Shown: positions 54,390 to 60,218 of the stretch, piece after piece
How the letters are laid out: every line of letters starts with the position of its first letter
Position numbering within the stretch: position 1 is the stretch's first letter
NCBI GenBank assembly: GCA_050264575.1
Contig: JBLNGH010000279.1
Location: 1-60,218 of the forward strand
Source: Acidobacteriota bacterium
GTDB lineage: Bacteria; Acidobacteriota; Vicinamibacteria; Vicinamibacterales; SCN-69-37
Reading direction: 5' to 3'
Length of the DNA: 60,218 bases
The notes under the pieces: generated by a model
The model's input: the letters and a program-made list of their open reading frames with translations, nothing else
Databases searched by the model: none
Told to the model about the DNA's origin: nothing
Translations under genes and position numbers: made by a program

Positions 54390-56374
54390 CGATTCGCTGG
54401 ACGAGATGCCTCGCCGCGATCATCGCTCTGCTGGTGGGAATCGCTCCCGCGACGCTGCTGGCGCAGCAGCAGCCGCCGCCGCAACAGCCGCGGGACGTGC
54501 GGCCCGGTGTCAAGCTTGGCTCGGCTGTGCTCGGCGGCGTGGTGGTGACGGACGAAACGCCCAGCCGGCCCCTGCGCCGCGTGAACATCGGCGTCCTCGG
54601 CACCGATGAAGCGCAGGTCCGATTGACGATGACGGATGACAATGGCCGGTTCGTGATGCCGGTGCTGCCGGCCGGACGCTATCTCGTGACCGCGTCGAAA
54701 CCGCCGTACGTCGATACGGTGTTCGGTGCGCGGCTGCCGGGGCGGCCCGGCACCGCCATCATGTTGAAGGACGGTGAGCGCCGCACGGATTTGACAATCA
54801 GGATGCTCCCCGGCGGCGCCATCACAGGCGTGATCACGGATGAGTACGGCAAGCCGGCCGCCGGCGTCGGGGTCGATCTCCTTCGGCCGGAGCGGCGAGG
54901 CGGCATCCCGATGCTCTCGAGCGCGATGTCGATGCTGTCGGCGCTGCTGCTGCCGCGGCAGATCACCGACGATCGCGGCGTCTATCGTTTCTCCGGAATC
55001 CCGCCCGGCGAGTACGTGGTCTCGGCCGTGCCGATCGATCCGGCTGGCGGCAGCGTGCTGCAGACGGAGCAGGACGTTGAAGCCGCCATCCGGCAGCTCG
55101 GTGAACCTGGCCTGTCAGCAAGCGCGTCGTCGCGGACCCCGACGTCGACGGTCATTGGTCCGTCCGATCGGCCGTCGCGCCCGGTGACCATGGGCGGCGG
55201 GCCCTTCATGAGCTTTCCGCAGCCGCCGAATCTGCAGGTTCCGCCGGGATCGCCCAATGGACCAACAGTCGGATACGCACCTGTCTTCTACCCCGGCACC
55301 ACGAGTGCCGCGGAGGCATTGACGATCACGATTGGCCCAGGCGAGGAGCGGCGCGAGATCAACATCGTCGCGCGACCGGTGCCAACGACCCGGGTTGAAG
55401 GCCGCGTCTTCCGCCCCGACGGCGATCCGGCGCCGAACGTCTCGATTCAGGTCCGGGGTGAGGATCCGATCAACACGCCGGCCGCCTTGTTTGCATCGTT
55501 GACGACGTCTTCGACGTCACGCTCCGACGGCTCATTCGTGATCGGTGGAATCGCGCCGGGACGCTACACGCTGTATGCGCGAAGAGTCTCGGGTCCGAAT
55601 CGGATCCCCGGCGTCAGCCAAGCGCCGGCGGCCTCCGATCCTCCGCTGTGGGCCGCGGCCGAAATCGTTGCGGATGGCCGGACAATCACCGGGCTCGACC
55701 TCATGCTTCAAACCGGCATGACGATTTCCGGACGCGTCATGTTCGATGGCACGGGGCCACCACCCAAAGACTTCCAGGGCGTGAACATCATCGCTCGTCC
55801 AGTCCGCATCGTTGATTTAGTGCAGATGGTCAACGGCGCCGGTCGCGTCGCGCCGGACGGAGCGTTCACGATCTCCGGTCTCACGCCCGGCTGGTATCGT
55901 CTCACCGGCGTCGCGGGCGGCGAGAACCTGCCGATCCTGTGGAGCGAAGCCTCCGTCGTGATCAACGGCCGTGACGTCACGGACCTGCCGTTCGAGGTCC
56001 GGCCCGGCGAGGACAGCGCCAACATCGTCATGACGTTGACCGATCGTCAGCAGGAACTGACCGGCACGCTGCAGGATGCCTCGGGCCGTCCGGCGACCGA
56101 GTACACGATGATCCTCTTCCCTGCGGACAAGAAGTTCCGTCTTCCCGATTCACGGCGGATTCAAATCGCACGCCCGTCGAGCGATGGACGATTCTCGTTC
56201 GGCGGACCGCTGGGTCCGCCGCCGGGTGAGTACCTCCTGGCCGCTGTCACCGACTTGCGAGCGGAGGAGCAATTCGAGCCGAGCTTCCTGGAGGCGCTCG
56301 CGAACGCAGCCATCAAGGTGACGCTCGGGCCGGGTGAGAAGCGAACACAGGACGTGCGGCTCGTCGGCCGGTGA
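54386..56374 (+). CDS. Exported CarboxypepD_reg-like repeat protein (paralog of the upstream gene)
   Basis: The start overlaps the upstream stop (ATGA). Signal CLAAIIALLVGIAPATLLAQ. The repeat logic matches the upstream gene (TDDNGRFVMPVLPAGRYLV, TDDRGVYRFSGIPPGEYVV). Confidence 0.72.
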   Translation: MTIRWTRCLAAIIALLVGIAPATLLAQQQPPPQQPRDVRPGVKLGSAVLGGVVVTDETPSRPLRRVNIGVLGTDEAQVRLTMTDDNGRFVMPVLPAGRYLVTASKPPYVDTVFGARLPGRPGTAIMLKDGERRTDLTIRMLPGGAITGVITDEYGKPAAGVGVDLLRPERRGGIPMLSSAMSMLSALLLPRQITDDRGVYRFSGIPPGEYVVSAVPIDPAGGSVLQTEQDVEAAIRQLGEPGLSASASSRTPTSTVIGPSDRPSRPVTMGGGPFMSFPQPPNLQVPPGSPNGPTVGYAPVFYPGTTSAAEALTITIGPGEERREINIVARPVPTTRVEGRVFRPDGDPAPNVSIQVRGEDPINTPAALFASLTTSSTSRSDGSFVIGGIAPGRYTLYARRVSGPNRIPGVSQAPAASDPPLWAAAEIVADGRTITGLDLMLQTGMTISGRVMFDGTGPPPKDFQGVNIIARPVRIVDLVQMVNGAGRVAPDGAFTISGLTPGWYRLTGVAGGENLPILWSEASVVINGRDVTDLPFEVRPGEDSANIVMTLTDRQQELTGTLQDASGRPATEYTMILFPADKKFRLPDSRRIQIARPSSDGRFSFGGPLGPPPGEYLLAAVTDLRAEEQFEPSFLEALANAAIKVTLGPGEKRTQDVRLVGR

Positions 56375-56393
56375 CTTTTCTGTCGAGGCTCTC

Positions 56394-57848
56394 GTGACTC
56401 CGGATGAATTCCGCGCGCGCGGACATCAGTTGATCGACTGGATTGCCGATTACCGCGAGCGCGTCGCGTCGCTGCCGGTCATGGCACGAACCGCGCCCGG
56501 TGAAGTGAAGAGGCAGCTTCCCTCGTCGCCGCCCTGCGATCCCGAGCGCTTCGAGGACATCCTTCGCGACGTCGAAACAATCGTCGTGCCGGGACTCTCG
56601 CATTGGTCGCATCCCAACTTCTTCGGATACTTCCCCTGCAACGGCGAGCTCTCGAGCGTGCTCGGCGATTACTTGAGCACAGGGCTCGGCGTGCTCGGTC
56701 TCGCATGGCAATCGAGTCCGGCGCTCACCGAAGTGGAAGAGGTCGCCACCGACTGGCTGCGGCAGATGGTCGGCTTATCGGCGGCCTGGAGCGGCGTGAT
56801 TCAGGACACGGCCTCGACCAGCACGCTGGTCGCGCTGCTCTGCGCCCGTGAGCGCGCCACCAACTACAGCCTGGCGCGCGGAGGGCTGCAATCGGAATCG
56901 CGGCCGCTCGTGGTCTACGCATCGTCACACAGTCACAGCTCGGTTGAGAAGGCGGCATTGCTGGCCGGTTTCGGCCGCGAGAACCTGCGATTGATCGCGC
57001 ACGACGAGGCGTACGCGCTGCGGCCCAACGCATTGGAAGACGCGATCGCGCAGGACGTTTCAGACGGTCGGCTGCCCTGCGCCGTGGTCGGCACGACGGG
57101 TACGACCACGACGACGGCCGTCGATCCGATCGATCGGCTGTCGGAAATCGCGGCGCGCCATCGCATGTGGCTGCACGTCGACGCCGCGATGGCAGGATCG
57201 GCCATGGTGCTCCCCGAATGCCGGTGGATGTGGAACGGCATCGAAGGCGCAGATTCCATCGTGATCAATCCGCATAAGTGGCTCGGCGCCGCCTTCGACT
57301 GCTCCCTGTACTACGTTCGCGATCCCGAGGCATTGATCCGCGTGATGTCGACGCACCCGAGCTACCTGCAGACGGCGGCCGATCGCGTCGTGAAAAATCT
57401 GCGCGACTGGGGGCTGCCGCTCGGCCGCCGGTTCCGCGCGCTCAAACTCTGGTTCCTCATCCGCGAACAGGGCGTCTCGCAATTGCAGGCGCGGCTGAGA
57501 CGGGATCTCGCGAACGCTCAGTGGCTCGCGGACACCGTCCGGGCGGCGCCTGGCTGGCGAGTCCTCAATCCGGTGACGCTGCAGACCGTGTGCGTCCGTC
57601 ATCAACCTCCCGGTCTGCCCAATGAAGCGAATGACGCGCTCGACCGGCACACGCTCGGATGGGTGGAGCGCGTCAACCATTCCGGCGCGGCGTATCTCAC
57701 GCCGGCGCTTCTGGACGGTCGCTGGATGGCGCGCGTCTCGATTGGCTCCATTCAGACCGAACGTCAGCATGTCGAACAGGTCTGGGAGGCGATGAAGAAG
57801 GAAGCGGGTCGAGTGGCCGACCTCCACAGAATCGGACACAATCATTAG
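56394..57848 (+). CDS. Pyridoxal-dependent aromatic-L-amino-acid/tyrosine decarboxylase (group II)
   Basis: PGLSHWSHPNFFGYFP, HVDAAMAGS and the PLP-lysine context SIVINPHKWL. I chose the GTG at 56394 (MTPDEFRARGHQLIDWIADY); the track start at 56334 overlaps the upstream gene. Confidence 0.85.
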   Translation: MTPDEFRARGHQLIDWIADYRERVASLPVMARTAPGEVKRQLPSSPPCDPERFEDILRDVETIVVPGLSHWSHPNFFGYFPCNGELSSVLGDYLSTGLGVLGLAWQSSPALTEVEEVATDWLRQMVGLSAAWSGVIQDTASTSTLVALLCARERATNYSLARGGLQSESRPLVVYASSHSHSSVEKAALLAGFGRENLRLIAHDEAYALRPNALEDAIAQDVSDGRLPCAVVGTTGTTTTTAVDPIDRLSEIAARHRMWLHVDAAMAGSAMVLPECRWMWNGIEGADSIVINPHKWLGAAFDCSLYYVRDPEALIRVMSTHPSYLQTAADRVVKNLRDWGLPLGRRFRALKLWFLIREQGVSQLQARLRRDLANAQWLADTVRAAPGWRVLNPVTLQTVCVRHQPPGLPNEANDALDRHTLGWVERVNHSGAAYLTPALLDGRWMARVSIGSIQTERQHVEQVWEAMKKEAGRVADLHRIGHNH

Positions 57849-57864
57849 AAACCTCAGAGATCTG

Positions 57865-59256
57865 ATGGCCTCCCCCCGGCCGATCGCCGTCGACACGGAC
57901 GATCGCATTCTGCTCGTCGAGGACGACGCGGCGCAGCGCGTCGGTCTGCAGCAACTGTTGACCAGCTGGGGTTACGCGGTGGACGTGGCCGCCAACGGCC
58001 AGGAAGCCCTCACGAAGGTCGGCGACGCGAGGCCGACCATCGTCCTGAGCGATCTCATCATGCCGGGAATGGGCGGGCTCGATCTGCTTCGCGCCCTCAA
58101 GCAGCAGGACGACATGGATCTGACCGTTGTCCTGATGACCGCCCAGGGCACGGTCGAGTCCGCGGTCGAAGCCATCAAGCACGGCGCGTACGACTACCTC
58201 ACGAAACCGGTCGATCCGCAGCGGATGAAGATCCTGCTCGATCAGATCATCCAGCGCCACGACACGCTGCGCGAGATGCGCGTCCTGCGGCGGCAGCTGC
58301 AGGAGCGCGGCACGTTCGGCAAGATGATCGGCGCCAGCATGGAGATGCGGAAGATCTACCAGGTCATCGAACAGGCTGCGCCCACGGCGGCGTCGGTACT
58401 GGTGAGCGGCGAATCTGGTACCGGAAAAGAGCTGGTTGCGCAGACCATCCATCAGATCAGCCCGCGCGCGTCGCAGCCGTTCGTGCCGCTCAACTGCGCG
58501 GCGATTCCCGACACGCTCCTCGAATCCGAGCTTTTCGGGCACGAGAAAGGCGCGTTCACCGGCGCGATTGCGCGACGGCAGGGGTGCTTCGAGCTGGCGA
58601 ATCGCGGCACGTTGTTCCTGGACGAGATCGCGGAGATGACGCCCATCACCCAGGCCAAGCTCCTGCGCGTGCTGCAGGAACGATCGTTCCGGCCGCTCGG
58701 CGGGCAGCGCGAGCAGTCCGTGGACATCCGGGTCGTCGCCGCGACGAACGCCGACCCTCCGGAGGCGGTGCGGCAGGCCAAGCTGCGCGAAGATCTCTAC
58801 TACCGCTTGAACGTGTTCGCGATTGGACTCCCGCCGCTTCGCGACCGAAAAGACGATCTGCCGATGCTTATCCAGGCGTTCATCAAGGAATTCAACGCGC
58901 GAAACGGACGCTCCGTGGCCGGCGTGTCCGATCGCGCGATGCAGATGCTCGAGCGCTACAACTGGCCGGGCAACGTCCGGGAATTGCGCAACGTCATGGA
59001 ACGCGCGACCATCGTCGCCAAAGGACCCGTGATTGAAGTCGCCGACCTGCCGGCGCTGAACAGTCCCACCCCGGCCGCGCCCAACGCCAGCCTCGGTCTG
59101 GCGCCCGGCACGACGGTCGACCAGGCGGAGCAGCAGCTGATCGAAGTGACGCTGCAGCACACGGGCGGCAACAAGACGCGCGCCGCGGAAATGCTCGGCA
59201 TCAGCCTGAAGACGCTGCACAACAAGCTGAACCGCATGAAGGAACGGCCCGAATAA
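57865..59256 (+). CDS. Sigma-54-dependent response regulator (NtrC family)
   Basis: Receiver domain (LLVEDD...VLSDLIMPGMGG), AAA+ Walker A GESGTGKE, the GAFTGA loop (ESELFGHEKGAFTGA), and a Fis-type HTH (NKTRAAEMLGISLKTLHNKL). Confidence 0.92.
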   Translation: MASPRPIAVDTDDRILLVEDDAAQRVGLQQLLTSWGYAVDVAANGQEALTKVGDARPTIVLSDLIMPGMGGLDLLRALKQQDDMDLTVVLMTAQGTVESAVEAIKHGAYDYLTKPVDPQRMKILLDQIIQRHDTLREMRVLRRQLQERGTFGKMIGASMEMRKIYQVIEQAAPTAASVLVSGESGTGKELVAQTIHQISPRASQPFVPLNCAAIPDTLLESELFGHEKGAFTGAIARRQGCFELANRGTLFLDEIAEMTPITQAKLLRVLQERSFRPLGGQREQSVDIRVVAATNADPPEAVRQAKLREDLYYRLNVFAIGLPPLRDRKDDLPMLIQAFIKEFNARNGRSVAGVSDRAMQMLERYNWPGNVRELRNVMERATIVAKGPVIEVADLPALNSPTPAAPNASLGLAPGTTVDQAEQQLIEVTLQHTGGNKTRAAEMLGISLKTLHNKLNRMKERPE

Positions 59257-59259
59257 GGC

Positions 59260-60218
59260 ATGCCCCTGAGTCTGAAGACCAAGCAGGTTGCGGGCGTCAC
59301 CCTGATTGTCGGGCTAGCCGTCGTCGCGCTCGGCGGCTGGTACTTGTCGTCGCTCGCGCGAGTGCTGCTCCAGGAGACCCGCGCCCGCGCCGAGCTGCTC
59401 ACGAAGCTCATCTACGAGCGCGCGCGCGAGGACGTCGCGCTCGGTGTCGATCCGGACAATCCCTACGCGCGGCTCAAATCGGATCCCGGTCTCGATTCCA
59501 TCCTGAAGTCCAGCGTCTACTCGAAGGGCGTCTCCTACGCGGCGATCACCGACGTCGACAACCGGATCATCGGACACTTGGACGACGCGATGGTCGGCGA
59601 GTTGTGGACGCCGACAGGCGATCTGGACGAGCTCCTGGCGCAGGGACCGCTCGCCCAGACTCGAGCCATCCTGGCCGAGGGGCGCATGCTCGAAGCCCGC
59701 CAGCAACTGCTGCTCGACCATCCCGACGGCCCGAGGCCGTTCGCCACGATTCACATCGGGTTCTCCACGCTGCTCATCCGCGATCAGTTCGAGCCCATCC
59801 TGCGGGCCGCGGTGATCGCCACCGTCGTCGCGCTCGTCGCGACGGTCATCGTCGCGATGCTCCTGGCACAGCTCGTCATCCGGCCGATTCACGTGATTCG
59901 GAGCGGACTGGCGCGGCTCGGCCGAGGCGAACTGGACGTGAAGGTCGATCTGCCCCGCGAAGCCGAGCTCGCCGGGCTCGGCGACTCGTTCAACGCCGTG
60001 ACCGCGCGGCTGGCCGCCGACCGATCGGAACTGGCCGATCAAAAGGCCACGCTCGAGTCGGTCGTGCAACATCTGGAAGACGCCGTCGCGCTCTTCGCCC
60101 CCGACGGCACGCTGCTCTTCGCGAATCCGGCGATGCGCACGGCGCTCACGGCGGAGACCGGGTCCGTCGATCAGGTCCTGCCCGAAGGGCATCCGTACCG
60201 GGCCGCGCTTGCGGCGTC
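59260..60218 (+). CDS. Sensor histidine kinase, N-terminal part (TM-sensor-TM-HAMP-PAS start); truncated by the right edge
   Basis: The ATG at 59260 gives MPLSLKTKQVAGVTLIVGLAVVALGGWYL. The second TM is AAVIATVVALVATVIVAMLLA. The HAMP-like segment is IRPIHVIRSGLARLGRGELDVKVD...LGDSFNAVTARL. No stop falls in the window. Confidence 0.8.
   Translation, partial: MPLSLKTKQVAGVTLIVGLAVVALGGWYLSSLARVLLQETRARAELLTKLIYERAREDVALGVDPDNPYARLKSDPGLDSILKSSVYSKGVSYAAITDVDNRIIGHLDDAMVGELWTPTGDLDELLAQGPLAQTRAILAEGRMLEARQQLLLDHPDGPRPFATIHIGFSTLLIRDQFEPILRAAVIATVVALVATVIVAMLLAQLVIRPIHVIRSGLARLGRGELDVKVDLPREAELAGLGDSFNAVTARLAADRSELADQKATLESVVQHLEDAVALFAPDGTLLFANPAMRTALTAETGSVDQVLPEGHPYRAALAA

Noticed and set aside
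57697-60192. ORFs 57697..59220 (-) and 59314..60192 (-)
   Set aside because: They are antisense to the NtrC-type regulator and the histidine kinase, both of which have unambiguous motifs on the plus strand.
1-60218. rRNA, tRNA, tmRNA, RNase P, SRP RNA, transposase, integrase, restriction-modification, toxin-antitoxin and known defence systems
   Set aside because: No intergenic region is long enough or shows the conserved cores I can recognise by eye. No ORF carries DDE, tyrosine-recombinase, methyltransferase or nuclease-defence signatures. Proper scans (tRNAscan-SE, Infernal, DefenseFinder) were not run.

Overview
This is a GC-rich, densely packed bacterial chromosomal window; third codon positions are almost always G/C. 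I call about 50 CDS, and many adjacent genes share 4-nt ATGA/GTGA stop/start overlaps. The gene content suggests Acidobacteriota: an ADOP-type duplicated FtsX permease, CarboxypepD_reg-repeat proteins, BNR/sortilin-like proteins and large exported M14 proteins. That assignment is inference only. All family calls come from motifs read in the translations; no searches were run.

Content by function:
- Housekeeping: rpsA (partial), cmk, rluB-scpB-scpA-trpS, tdk, efp.
- DNA repair: uvrC, uvrA, mpg and a UdgX-like uracil-DNA glycosylase.
- Envelope: tamA-tamB, a site-2 protease and a CDP-alcohol phosphatidyltransferase.
- Stress: ytxH/DUF948-like genes and hsp20-htrA.
- Catabolism: a ureohydrolase, APC permease, amidinotransferase-fold and nucleoside-permease operon.
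- Exported hydrolases: M28, M14, an amidohydrolase and BNR proteins.
- Regulation: an aromatic amino acid decarboxylase followed by a sigma-54-type response regulator and a histidine kinase (partial at the right edge).

I recognised no rRNA, tRNA, CRISPR array, transposase or integrase.

The most unusual signal is not a gene cluster. It is a set of low-complexity 'word-repeat' palindromic elements: arms of degenerate 6-8 nt words, often arranged as long imperfect inverted repeats around a unique spacer. They fill the 3' intergenic spaces of many genes. One 129-nt copy sits in frame inside uvrC and adds 43 aa.

Other notable points:
- The UdgX-type KRRIH glycosylase is translationally coupled to a histone-tail-like basic protein.
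- A D-amino-acid-oxidase-like flavoprotein appears circularly permuted and carries a Tat/lipoprotein signal.
- Five phased AGTAC motifs lie in a divergent promoter.
- A perfect 22-bp inverted repeat brackets 134 nt.

Many long ORFs in the supplied track are antisense shadows of real genes and were rejected.
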